A stretch of DNA of 64,000 nucleotides. Source: Vitrella brassicaformis CCMP3155. Its lineage: Eukaryota; Protista; Chromerida. Below, piece after piece: positions 40,175-52,707 of the stretch. The notes beneath the pieces were generated by a model, which searched no databases, was not told the origin of the DNA, and saw only the letters and a program-made list of their open reading frames with translations. Each line of letters opens with the position of its first letter. Position 1 is the first letter of the stretch. The position numbers and the translations under genes were made by a program. The stretch lies in contig CDMY01000454.1 in NCBI GenBank assembly GCA_001179505.1, positions 1 through 64,000 on the forward strand, in the 5' to 3' direction.

Positions 40175-40747
40175 AGGGGGAGGGGAGGCGTGATAAGTAA
40201 AGCTCATGAATGCGTTTTTTGGGGAACGTGAGAAACTATCATTTATTCCCGGCCACTGGTTCAGCCGGCAATTGTGCATACGGCTTTTTCGGACACACAT
40301 TCCAGCTCGCGAGAGCGAGGGGATTTTGACGTCCACGTGTGGGTGCCGATGGATGAAGGTCGGGAGGATGCGTGTGATTGATTACTCACTGCATCCTCAC
40401 CCGCCCCCCCAACCAGGCAAAGCGAGACGTCCCGTTTTCGTATCTCGGCTGGTGTGTACAGTGTGCCGATATATGGTGGTGGGGGTGACTGCGTGCTGTG
40501 CTGTGCAAGTGACAGGTGTAATCCTGCAATCCGACCATTCGTTGATGGTGACTGGATCATGAAATGAGCAAGCCTCCCTCCCGCACAAACAACGCCCCCA
40601 CCGTCCCTACTGTTAGCTACTACTAGTACTGGCAGCACTAGCATACAAATCACACCCGTGGCGAAATGACCAGATAAAAACTCACACAGACCAGAAACAG
40701 AGCTACTGCAGACACATGCATCCCTCACATGGCAGCCGACCGGCTAT

Positions 40748-42282
40748 TCACGCAGACAGCGGGCCAACAGTATCGTCCTCGATCCCCAATTCCCGCAGGA
40801 ACGGCCGCAAACGACCCATGGTGGCGGGGAAACGCTCATCGAGAGTCCAGCCGTCAGCCACAGCCACAGCCACCTCAGTGGTGTCGATCTCGATGAAACC
40901 GTATGTTACCAATGAAATCCATGCCAGATGCGGGTATGCATCCTCCTGACACGGCCCCTGAAGCAGGAACACGATCCTGCGGTGGGAGATGGGCCCGACG
41001 TACTCAGGCTGCAGCACCCAAAGGTACCCGTGGTCCTTCCACGAGTCGAAGACAAACATGTCCGCCCCATCAGCCATGTCTTTGCTATGCAGTGCCCGCC
41101 AGCGGACGTCGGCGATGCCGAAGATGCCCACATCGACCCCCCACAAGCGCGTCCGCCGCTGCTGAACTGCTGCGCTGTCCAGCAACTGGTTGGCGATGAA
41201 TGACGCAAAGGAACGATGCAGCAATAGGTCGCAGCGGATCGGCGGGTCACGGTGACGAAAGTCTTGGCGGTAGGGGTGCCAGCTGCACATTTCGAGCAGC
41301 TTGACTTCACGAAAGATCTTGCCGCCCATGAACAGCAAACGCACGCTGCGCCTAGCACTCTCAGGACCACCTCCAGCGCAAAACAAAAGCCGACAGAGAG
41401 GATGAGGGCCACGGTAAAGTCCGCCAGGATCGACAGGCACATCCACCCTAAGGTGCTCCAGAAGGGGTCCTTAGTGAAGAGGCCCACGTACTTGAAGATG
41501 TCCAAAACAAGTTTGGTCAACAAGTAGGTCCAATAGAGCGGACATAACACCAAATACCACCGGCCCTCCAGCCCGTCAAGCATGCCGGTCATCAACATCA
41601 CCTCAGTCCTTGGTATCGACCGCCTGACAGCCATGGTAGTGGTCGTGCTGCTTGTACTGCCCCTGTCGAGTTCAAGGAGGTGGCCGATAGTGTTGAAGGC
41701 GGCCACGGAAGCCGGCAGCCGATTGAAGATCGCCGTGTCGGGCAGATAATGCGCCACGAGCCACTCAGCGGATATCACCAGGGGCAGCCGCCCAGTTGTC
41801 ACCGCCCCGCAGGCGGTCGCCAGCCGCACCACAGTGGCCATCTGGCGCCACCCAGCCGCCCTGTCGATTATGTGAGCGCACCGACAGAGATACCCAAATC
41901 GGGAGAGAGACGGGGCGGCTGGCTGTGTGTCACCGGGATCCCTCTCCACATCAACGAGGCCGCTCAGCCGCTGCTGTGCGAGGCATCTGTCGATGTGGCG
42001 CATCAGGAAGGCCTCATCGACGGCTTTGCTGAGCGTCCTGCTGGTCGGGCGAACCTTCACAGCCTCAACCAGCGATAAGAAGGGCAGAACCGCCGCAGAG
42101 TAGACGTCAGCCGGGAGCGGCACAGCAACGACAGATCTCGTGAGATCTCCGCCCCTCTGAGCGTCATCCTCAGGCAAGATGGAGATGACCACAGACGAGA
42201 GCTCCTCAGTGTCGTCCGCTTCGGGGTCGACTTTCTTGTACGAATGCCGCCACCTCCGCCATCGCCAAAGGAACCACCTCAT
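40748..42282 (-). pseudogene. Family C copy C1: intronless F-box-like + transmembrane protein with a frameshift
   Basis: LPADVYSAAVLPFLSLVEAVKVRPTSR; TM segments; similarity to C2 (GGKIFREV..MCSWHPY..PPIRC) continues in a different frame after about 41360. Confidence 0.7.
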
Positions 42283-42458
42283 CGCGAACGACCACGGTTG
42301 GGAAAAGTGCTCGTCGGCTCTAGCACAGAAAGGGCTGCGAGCTCAGACGAGAGAACGAAGAACAGGCCGAGGACGCCGAGGAGCACTTCGCCGCTGTGGC
42401 GAGCACACATCGCAACGTCACTCTGCAAAACCGCCACATTTGACCACATTCACAAGCG

Positions 42459-44415
42459 ATGCTGAGTTCTGTGTTGCGAGAGGGAGGGCCCCTCCTGGGG
42501 AACCTCAAACGGAGCATGAAGGTGTGAACGGAAACCCATGGATGAAAGACCTGCCTCCCATCTCTTCCCCCAATCTCTGTTTTTGTGGTCGACGCGTTCG
42601 TTTGTCGGCAGTTGGAGCGTCTTCACATCCCGAAGCCTCGTCGGGGCGAGGTGCTGCTCAAGACCACCTCATGCGGCGTGTGCCACACAGACCTACACGT
42701 CATACAGGTGGGCTGGTGCATGCAGAAGAAGATACATCGATGCATGATCGATAAGGGTCTGTCTGTCTGTCTGTGTGTGTGTTGGTTCAGAAAGAGGTGC
42801 CCTTCCCGATGCCGGCAGTGATGGGCCACGAGGTGTGTGGTGAGCTGGTCGACTTCGGCCCCTCAGTGAGCGAGCAGGAGAGGATCCGGCTGACCAGTGG
42901 CGGGGCCACGCACTTCGTGGCGCCCTTCATCATGCCATGTGGAGAGTGCCATCAGTGTGTCGAGGGCCAGGAGGACATCTGCGATACGTTTTTTGCCATG
43001 AACAGGGTGAAGGGCACGCTCTATGATGGCGAGACCCGCTACTTCACCGAGGCCTCCAATGAGCCGATAGCCATGTACAGCATGGGCGGCCTCTCGCAGG
43101 TCAGGCAGAAAGGCCAAACAAACATCACATAGATGTGCGTGTGTGTGCTGTCCGGTCTTCATTCATTATCCAGTACACTGTGGTGCCGGTCTCGTCGGTG
43201 TTTCCCCTCCCTCCCGTCAGCTTCCCCCCGCACCAGGCGGCGATACTCGGCTGCGCCATCTTCACTGCCTACGGGGCCATCAAGAATGCGGCCGACTTGC
43301 AGGTGGGGCAGAGCGTGTGTGTGATCGGCGCGGCGGGCGGTGTGGGGTCCAACATACTGCAGATTGCCAGGGCCTACCAGTGCTACCCCAGGTATACACA
43401 CGTGCATACGACATCCAAAGGTGTGCAGGTGGTGAGTGACTCTGCGTTGTGAGTGCCTCTCTCTCTTTGTCAGGATCGCCGTCGACGTGAACGATGAGAA
43501 ACTCGCCGCATGCCGGTTAGTTGAACACTCACCGACTCACTCACCCAGACGCATCCTCCCCCCNNNNNNNNNNNNNNNNNNNNNNNNNNNNNNNNNNNNN
43601 NNNNNNNNNNNNNNNNNNNNNNNNNNNNNNNNNNNNNNNNNNNNNNNNNNNNNNNNNNNNNNNNNNNNNNNNNNNNNNNNNNNNNNNNNNNNNNNNNNNN
43701 NNNNNNNNNNNNNNNNNNNNNNNNNNNNNNNNNNNNNNNNNNNNNNNNNNNNNNNNNNNNNNNNNNNNNNNNNNNNNNNNNNNNNNNNNNNNNNNNNNNN
43801 NNNNNNNNNNNNNNNNNNNNNNNNNNNNNNNNNNNNNNNNNNNNNNNNNNNNNNNNNNNNNNNCCCCCCCCCCCCCTTTCTCCCTCCACGACATGCAGGG
43901 ATGTGTTTGGCGCCACGCACACGATCAACTCGCGGTCCTTCTCCTCAGCAGATGAGGTGCGCGATGCCATCCGTGGTGTGACTGACTACGGAAGGGGTCT
44001 GGACGTCTCCTTCGAGGCCATCGGCAAGCCCGCCACATTTGAGCTGGCCATCAACATCGTCAAGGACGGCGGCAAGGCCGTCATGGTCGGCATCGCAGAC
44101 GTCAAGGACAAGGCCTCTGTGCCCATCACACATGTGAGCCGAGACGGATGGATGGACGGAGGGAGGGAGGGCGAGGGACACACACAATTGGATTGGATGT
44201 GTCAGGTGGTGCGTCGGAAGATCATGGTTCACGGGTCGTACGGTGCCAAGACGCGGAAAGACATGCCGGAGATTCTCAAGCTGCTGGCCAACGGGTCTTT
44301 GGAGGTCAGCCGGTTCATCTCCCGCGAGTACACCCTTGAGCAGTCGGAGGAGGCCTACGCCGACTTGGCCGATGGCAAGATACAGGGCCGGGCGGTGGTG
44401 CGAATGGACGGCTGA
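42459..44415 (+). CDS. Zn-dependent alcohol dehydrogenase (MDR family; resembles the plant At5g63620 / SSADH-like subgroup), multi-exon, N gap in an intron
   Basis: CGVCHTDLH, GHE, CGECHQC...EDIC structural Zn motif, AILGCAIFTAYG, VIGAAGGVG, VRRKIMVHGSYG, GKIQGRAVV; first exon 42459-42521 is inferred. Confidence 0.9.
43564..43863. other. Assembly gap (300 N)
   Basis: Run of N flanked by poly-C. Confidence 1.
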
Positions 44416-45442
44416 TCTTAAGAATGACTGACTGGTAGCTCTCTCCCTGAGTCGGAGTCGATGCGGTTTTTCTGTTGTGTGTAAGTGAGTGCGACTGAGA
44501 GGTTTTTCTGTGACGATAAGCGTTGGTGGGCGGGGGATGGATGGATGGACGGTTATTAGGCCCTTGTCTGTCTGTCTGTCTGTCTGATTGCTTCCTTGCT
44601 TGCTTCCTTCATAGGCCAACAGGGCTCTATTTTCCCTGTTAGCTAATGACGTTGTTGACAGTAGCCTGCCTCTGTCCGTCTGTCCGTCCGTCCGTCCGTC
44701 TGTCTGATTGTGTGGCCGACGCGCACCGGCACACGGCGTGTGGGAGAGGTACAACCAATGGAGGCCCACGCCGTCCCATGTCGGCCTTCCGTTTGTTGTA
44801 GTGGGCCCACATGCCGCTGTTAAGTGTGTCTGCTGGGGAGGCTGGTTGAGGGATGTGACCATCATTTGCGAGCTCAAATTCTCACCACGACATCCTTGTT
44901 TCCCCTTTTTCATAATTCTTTCATCTCACGTCTGTGCGGTCGCACCGAGGACCGGATCGTGCGAAAAAATCGCAAAACGAACTCGCCAGATCCGAGAAAA
45001 ACAGGAACTCGATCCTCACTCGATCCAATTGACTCGATCGGATCCAAGGTTGCTTCCCTCGAGGCTTCCCGCCGCCTTTCTGCCTCCAGATGGCTACCTC
45101 AGTGCTTCTCACGCACTGCTACGAGCATTTTTGAGGAGAAGAACGGCAGATGGTGGTGGGGAGTTCGCACGGGAGATCTCTCCCTTATCTCATCTCATCT
45201 GTCAGTGCGTCCTTCAGCCCGAAAGATCAGCCCCAAGGACAGCATGGCGAGGCAGAGGAGCCACCGCCTCACTCCAACAGCCCTCATCACTCGCCCCCTC
45301 CCCCACCCGGCATCAAGCACAGCAAACAAACACTTACCCAGCCTCTTCCTGACCCACAGACAGCCAGTACAGCGACTTCCCTGCACTCATCGTCTTGTCA
45401 CCGCCCCGCTTGGCTGCCATCCGCCAGCCCTCAGCTGTCACT

Positions 45443-46985
45443 ATGACCGTCTTTGCCCTGTGTGCTTCGGCCTTGCTGCTGCTGGCATGTGTGCCGGCAG
45501 CTGTCGCCCAGAGCGGTTACGGCGGTTACGGCTCCACTCACGGTGTGTGCGAGAAGAAGGCTGATGTGCGCTACGAGTGTCCTTACGGATTTGAGTTCGA
45601 CGCCGACTCACACAAGTGCGTCAAATACGACTACCAGGACATCAAGTACTACTGCCCTCAGGTACGCAGACGCAAGCAGAACCCAGCACTTGAGTGTTGT
45701 GCTGGTCGATTGATTGGTTGATTTATTCCCTTTATTGATTGTGGGTGCAGGGCACCAAGAAGACCGCCGCGGGCTGCGTCAAGTACGTCTATGAGGAGAA
45801 GACACCCTACTGCAAACACGGCAAGCTCGACGGCCACAGGTGCTTCGTTTACGAGTACTACCCCGTCGAGTACCAATGCCCTTACGGCTACGGCTTCACA
45901 GCCGACAAGGCCAAGTGCTACGCCGACAAGTATGAAGACAAGCTCTACAAGTGCCCTTACGGCTACGAGCTGACCAACGACAAGAACAAGTACTTCAAGT
46001 ACATCTATGCCGACCTCGAGTACTACTGCCCAGCGGTGAGTGAGTGAGTGAACACACCACACCACACCACACAGACAGATGGGCGTGTGTCATTCCCTCT
46101 CTTGTGTGTGTGTGCGTGTGTGCAGCATTCTTATGAGTCGCCAAAGGGCTGCAAAACGACGACGCACGAGGAGAAGGTGCCCTACTGCAAGCACGGCTAC
46201 CTCGAGGGCCACAAGTGCGTCAAGGTGATCGACAGCTACAAACCCTACTACCCCAAGTGCAAGGCCGGATACACCCTGCACGACGGCAAGTGTGTCAAGA
46301 AGGCCTACTATGAGGCCGACTACAAGTGCCCATCCGGCTACTCCCTTACGAGCGACTACAGCAAGTGCTGGGCGGACAAGTATCAAGACAAGAAGATCAA
46401 GTGCCCCTACGGCTTTAAGTTCGACGACGAGACGCACAAGTGCATCAAATACGACTATGCCGACCTCAAGTACTACTGCCCAGCGGTGAGTGAGTGAGTG
46501 AGTCGAGTGACAACATCGCCAACACGGCACTGGACGATTCCGCACACACACACACACACACACTCGTCTGTGTGTGCCTGTCATTGCTCCAGCACTTCAA
46601 GTTGACGCCCAAGGGCTGCAAGACCACGAAATACGAAGCCAAGTCGCCTTACTGCAAGCACGGCTACCTCGAGGGCGGCAAGTGTGTGGCCAAGAAGACT
46701 TATGACGTCGACTACGAGTGCAAGTATGGCTATAAGCTGACTGATGACGGCAGCAAGTGCTACGCCAGCAAAAAGCTGAGCTACAAGTACAAGTGCCCTT
46801 ATGGCTACGAGCTGCTCGAGGCCGACAAGAAGTGCGTCAAGCCCATCTACTCGAAGGTGGCCTACAAGTGTGCCAAGGGCAAGCTGACCTTCATCGACGC
46901 CGAGCACTCCGGCAAGAAGACCCCCGTGTGCTGCATATACGACTACCACAACTTTGGGGGAGGCTCCAACAGCTACCACCACTGA
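45443..46985 (+). CDS. Cys/Tyr/Lys-rich repeat secreted protein (wall-like), copy 2, complete, about 418 aa; exons 45443-45661, 45751-46035, 46126-46485, 46593-46985
   Basis: Signal peptide MTVFALCASALLLLACVPAAVA; repeated YxCPYGY...KC units; three phase-0 GT-AG introns. Confidence 0.9.
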
Positions 46986-47873
46986 TTGAGGGTGGCGGAA
47001 GGGGACACACACACGCCCTCACTGGTCTGTCTCGTTGTCTTCTTCATGTGATTAGTCTGCAGTACCAGCTAGCTAGTGCCATCATCGTTTCTTTCTGTTT
47101 CTTTCTGTCACGAGATGTGTGTCGTTGGTGGTGGTATGCCGTGTTTGTGTTGTGTTGTGGTGCTTCTTTGTTCCAGGCCCATAGTATGGGGCTAATGAAT
47201 TACATGCGGGTGGACGGGGGACGGGTGGTGGATGTGTTTGTCAAGTGTTGTTTGGTGGTTCATGGCCGTGGTCAAGCCGATGGTGTGGTAGTTTGGTGTC
47301 CTGCGGCAGACGGATTAGTGCCCTGGTCGACGCATGCCCACAGACAGACAGACAGACAGACAAGTGTGTGTATGCGTGTGTGGATTAGGTCATATCATCC
47401 ATCGCGTGACACCAGGAAGGGGTGATTATGTGATTATGGACACTTCTTTGCACGGCGGTGAATGGATCGAGAGGCGGTTCTCTTGCGTCTGCTGTCTGCC
47501 ACGGCAGGCAAAGGTTAATGAACACGTGAATGCGCTCAGTCTCTGCACGCACACGCACACACATATGGACAGACACATCATGCGATGGATGCAGAGTCAC
47601 GCTGTGGATGGGCACACACAGAGAGGGAGGGGGAAATCCTATACGTATGCACACCAGAGAGAGAGAGAGAGAGGGACAGCAGAAGAAAGAGAGCCATCCA
47701 TCCATCCATGTGCTTACGCCATTGCAGAGGCAAGCTGACGGACAGCCACCTCCCCTCAATCCATCCATCCACGCCATACATACACACGCATATGCAGCCT
47801 CCCCTTCCCCCTTCCCCCTCCCCGGGCACCTTCTCTCTCTCCCACTCAGTGATTTATTCATTTTCTACTTACT

Positions 47874-48931
47874 TCAGACGCCGTATTGTCCGCCGCCGTC
47901 GTGTCTGTTGGTGTCTCTGGTAGCCCTGAGCCCCATGGCGGCGAGCCCGCCGAGCACCACACAGATGAAGAGGAACACGAAGATGCCGGCCACCAGGAAC
48001 CCCATGCCGTTCTTGTACTGCTCGTCCTGCGTCGTGTTGGGGTTCTTGACCCACTTGACCAGCACGGGCTCGCTGGCGCTCGTGAGGCCCCAGTAGGCCT
48101 CGGCTTTGTGAATCGCCTTCTTGTAGCTCTTTGTCATCCTCACCGTCACACCACCACGAGCGCTGCCGCTCTTGGCCGCGTCGCCGCACCGGAAGCCGCC
48201 CGTCTTGCCGCAGCAGTTGGTGCCGACGGCCCAGAACTGGACCATGGCCGTGGACTGTGTGGGGTCGCTGTTTGTGTCCTGGATGGGCGCCACGCAGAAC
48301 ATGGTGCCCTGCTTGAAGCCCACCGACTGGTCCGTGTTGACGATCGTGCCGCTTGTGAAGAATATCTTGCCCGCATCGCCGTACTTGGCCGCGCTGTCGG
48401 TGGCGATGACGTTGGCGTAGGCCTGGTTCTCCTGGTAGGCCCAGTACTTGGCGATGTACCGATTGTAGTTGATGGTGCCGCTCCAGACGCCCACCAACAC
48501 AGCCACGACCATCATGAACGACAGCACCAGGTTGAGGGAGGGGTGGGAGCGGCCCGGGCTGACGCGGCCAGAGAGGCCAATGCCTATCGCGGCCACCAGC
48601 CCGAAGAAGCTCGTGGCCCAGACGGCGAGGGGCGAGTCGTGGTAGGCGAAGGCGAAGAGGAGGGCGATGATCGTGTAGAGCAGCCACGGCACCACAATCA
48701 GGCACGCCACCGCCTTGAAGCCGAAAGTTGACGCCTTGAAGCCCATCGGGAAGCGGTTGCGACGCTTGCGGCCTGCCTGCGACGAGGGAGGGGTGGGCAG
48801 GGGCTGCGCACCGGTGAGGAAAGGGTCGTTCTCCTGTGACCAAAGCATCCATCCATCCATCCATCCGTTCACACATGCGTGATGCATCCTTCATCGTGTG
48901 TGTGCACGGCTGATTGTGACGTTCGCACCAT
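47874..48931 (-). CDS. Hypothetical multi-pass membrane protein with a Cys-containing loop; probable short first exon at 48908-48931
   Basis: Long open frame with three N-terminal TM segments, FCVAPI / FWAVGTNCCG loop and a C-terminal TM segment. Confidence 0.8.
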
Positions 48932-49187
48932 GGCGCTGGCGATTAGAGCGGTGGTTGAGAGAGGAGGAGGTGCACGGTCACGAGAGGGACGCAGGGGGGA
49001 AGGGGAGAGCCTGATGCATCAACGAGGAAGCGATCGGTAGCCGTGTCGTTGCAAAGCGATACGACAATGATGGAGGAAGGTCTGCGTAGCTTGGGCAGAT
49101 GGTCGCTATCTACCTTTCAGGGATGCCGCCGTGTAAACAGAGAGCGTTTTGTCGCGAAAGATCGCCTGTTCTAGCAGTGGGGTGGTC

Positions 49188-50390
49188 ATGATGAGGTGGT
49201 TCCTTTGGAGATGGCGGAGGTGGCGGCATTCGTACAAGAAAGTCGACCCCGAAGCGGACGACACTGAGGAGCTCTCGTCTGTGGTCATCTCCATCCTGCC
49301 TGAGGATGACGCTCAGAGGGGCGGAGATCTCACGAGACCTGTTGTTGCTGTTCCGCTCCCTGCCGACGTCTACTCTGCGGCCATTCTACCCTTCTTACCT
49401 CTGGATGATGCTGTGAAGGTTCGCCCGACCAGCAGGACGCTCAGCAAAGCCGTCGATGAGGCCTTCCTGATGTGCCACATCGACAGATGCCTCGCCCAGC
49501 AGCGGCTGAGCGGCCTCGTTGATGTGGAGAGGGATCCCGGTGACACACAGCCAGCCGCCCCGTCTCTCTCCCGATTTGGCTATCTCTGTCGGTGCGCTCA
49601 CATAATCGACAGGGCGGCTGGGTGGCGCCAGATGGCCACTGTGGTGCGGCTGGCGACCGCCTGCGGGGCGGTGAGGACTGGCCGGCTGCCTTTGGTGATA
49701 TCCGCTGAGTGGCTCGTGGCGCGTTATCTGCTCGACACAGCGACATCCGACGGGCGGCCGAGGGGGGCGACCACAGGCTCACTCAGATACGTCCGGGCAC
49801 TGTGGAACATGCTGACAGGCGGCAGCGACACGTCATCCGAGAGTGTGGGCATCGAGCAGACGGAGAGTGAGGAGGAGGTGAAGCTCATGACCTACTGGCG
49901 TGAGCGGCTGCAGGAGCGCTGGGTCGAGCTGTTCTGTTGGCTCTTTTGTCTATCCATCTTGGCGGTGCTTATCTGCTTCGTCTGGATGGTCATCGAACAC
50001 GGCTTCCCCAGGATCAGCATAGTTCCTCTGCTGCTGCTCCTATTCCTCGGCATAGTGGTCGACGCCGTTGCGTTGTCGCTTTGCCTCACTATGATGGTCT
50101 ATGAACACGTGGAGCTCGAGGACCCGCAGTGCACCATGCCTTGGCTGACCATTGGCGGGAAGCGATTCCGCGTCGTTCCACGGGAAGAGATGTGCAGGTG
50201 GCACCCTTTCTGGCGAGACTACGACGAGCTCAACCCGCCCATCCGCTGCGGCCAAGGGGTGTATCCCTCCTGGACGTCATTCATCGCCTACACGTTGCTG
50301 GACAGCCCGGAAGTTAAGCAGCGGATGACGCAGCTATACCCGATAAGCGCTGATCATTGGAAGCCGCTGTACCTTGGTGACATCACTGGG
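49188..50390 (+). CDS. Family C copy C2: intronless F-box-like + transmembrane protein, apparently truncated and joined to family D sequence
   Basis: First ~540 nt nearly identical to C1 (inverted); LPADVYSAAILPFLPLDDAVKVRPTSR; two TM segments; similarity to C1 fades after YLGDITG. Confidence 0.7.
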
Positions 50391-50424
50391 GTCGCTGAAG
50401 CCTCATCGGCGTGTTCATTTCTGC

Positions 50425-52407
50425 AGGGACTTCGAGAAGAAGTTCCTGCTCTTGGAGAACTTCTACCCCGCCCGTGTCTACTTGGCGAAGGTGGGGGGCT
50501 CGGAGGAGGTCAAGCAGCAAATGTTCTCAAGGTTCTTCAACAACGTACGTCAACTCCGGCAGACAAGATAGACAGCACAATGGGGCTCTGCATTGTGTGT
50601 GTGTGTGTGTCTGTGTGTCACCACAGAGCCATAGCCAGACGACCTCTGGGTGTGTCTTTTTGTCTCGCATCCGTCCTTTCCGCTGTGCGGGTGTGTCTGG
50701 CGGCCTCTCGTGCTCTACGAAGGATGACGTGCGTCGCATTTGACTTGCAAGACCTCATCTCGGGCGGCAGCGATTACATTCCGTTCGAAGTTTCGTCGGC
50801 GGTTCTTCTACCAGCCTGACGAGACCAAGAGAATACCCATGGGCCTCCAGCGCAGCATCCCATCGTACGACTACCTCTCGGTGCCGCAGTTGGACCTGCA
50901 CAAGGTGCCCGACGGCCCAATTCTGTAGACGCACTTCAACTGGGACGGCGTGTGCGACAAGAAGGGCTGTGGCGGCGGGAAGAAGTACTACATGCACGTG
51001 GAGCGAAAGCCCAACCACCCCGCCGAGTCAGACCCCTCCTCGCGCAAGGACGGGATGGGGCCCCGGAGCACCCTGCGCTGCACCGAGAACAGGGCGGATG
51101 ACGGCCGGGACCTGATGGGCAGGTTGCAGGAGAGGGTGCAGATGTTTGAGAGGGCCGAGCGGGAGTGGCTGAAGCACTTCGCGCGGCTCCGAGGGGTGAG
51201 TGAGAGAGGGAGGATACTTGTGTGTGTCCGTCCACGTATCCATGTTTTGTCTTGTGTCGTGTTTCTCAGGCGCATCACTGTCGGTCGTCTTCCTACTTGG
51301 AGTTCGAGGACCTGAGCGCCCACGAAGTCGACAACGAGGTCAGGAAAATGATGGCTTTGCTGCTTCGCAACACTTTCCTGGTTTGCTGCGTCGGCACACT
51401 CGAGGCCAGACGGTCCACCCTGGCCTTACAAACTCCAATGACCTCTGGCGCCTCGTGTCGTCGTACCTTCGTCAGCCCATTGCCGTGTGCAAAGCCTGCG
51501 CTTCAACCGCGACATTGCTCAGAGAGACTTGAGGGCAAATAAGACGAATGTCATCATCCACCGTCACACGATGATCACCACACCGCTATGTACACACCGT
51601 ACCAAACCGGGTAACTAGGCACGCTCAACGACTGCATCGAGAGGCGGGGCGTTGCGCCGATGAGCGAGCATGAGGCCTCCCACTGGGTGCGGCAGCTGGT
51701 GGAGACCCACCAGGAGCTCAAGGCCATGGACAGATCCTTCAAGTAAAGACCCATTCAACATGTTGACAGGCAGACACACACATCATGTCTGTCTGTGAAT
51801 GAATGTGTGCAGCGACTTCGACCTGAGGAGCTACCTGGTTGACGAGGCCAATACGGTCAAGCTGGCGTGCATGAGGTGGCGTGTTGGAAAGCACTCCGTC
51901 GCCACAGAGAGGACACAGAAACCGCTCACTCACTCACCAAGGTAGGCTCACGCCGCCGTCTCGAGGCTCCTTCGCGCACCGTCAGCGATGCGGTGCATCC
52001 CCAAAGGCCAGAATGAGTCTAGCACGCAGACATTCTAGAGTAAGTACCGCTTGTCTTCCCTCCCGGCCTCCTCCCGGTGCCAGGATACGAACGCTACCCG
52101 ACCATTCTACTCGTACGCCACACAACACACCGCACCACACCACACCACACACACATTCGTTGCGCATTGTCTGTTGTGTGTGTGTGTGTGTGTGTGTGTG
52201 TTTGGCATGTTGGCAGACGTATGAGTTTCCCGACGGCGAGCAGCTGAGCGTGCACGCCAACCTTGGCGCGCCCTTCAGGGGCGACAGTCGTGTGGGCTAA
52301 TGCGGCGCTCGTGTAGATGTTCGTGCGATGCTTCATGGCGGTCAGTGAGACACTCAGCGAGCGAAACACACGACTAATGTGTGCTCTGTGTGTATGTGTG
52401 TAGGGTC
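50425..52407 (+). pseudogene. Family D copy D1: possible degenerate protein-kinase-like gene
   Basis: Exon-like blocks AEREWLKHFARLRG, SYLEFEDL, MSEHEASHWVRQLVETHQEL, DFDLRSYLVDEANTVKLA; TAG at 50926-50928 where D2 has CAG; kinase call is inference. Confidence 0.5.
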
Positions 52408-52707
52408 NNNNNNNNNNNNNNNNNNNNNNNNNNNNNNNNNNNNNNNNNNNNNNNNNNNNNNNNNNNNNNNNNNNNNNNNNNNNNNNNNNNNNNNNNNNNN
52501 NNNNNNNNNNNNNNNNNNNNNNNNNNNNNNNNNNNNNNNNNNNNNNNNNNNNNNNNNNNNNNNNNNNNNNNNNNNNNNNNNNNNNNNNNNNNNNNNNNNN
52601 NNNNNNNNNNNNNNNNNNNNNNNNNNNNNNNNNNNNNNNNNNNNNNNNNNNNNNNNNNNNNNNNNNNNNNNNNNNNNNNNNNNNNNNNNNNNNNNNNNNN
52701 NNNNNNN
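52408..52707. other. Assembly gap (300 N) at the junction of the D1/D2 tandem duplication
   Basis: Run of N. Confidence 1.

Noticed and set aside
43436-43981. ORFs spanning N runs (also 52094-52843)
   Set aside because: Artefacts of translating through assembly gaps
47869-48894. 341-aa and 281-aa overlapping ORFs on the membrane-protein gene
   Set aside because: Shadow frames of a GC3-rich CDS with low-complexity Arg/Gly/Ala composition
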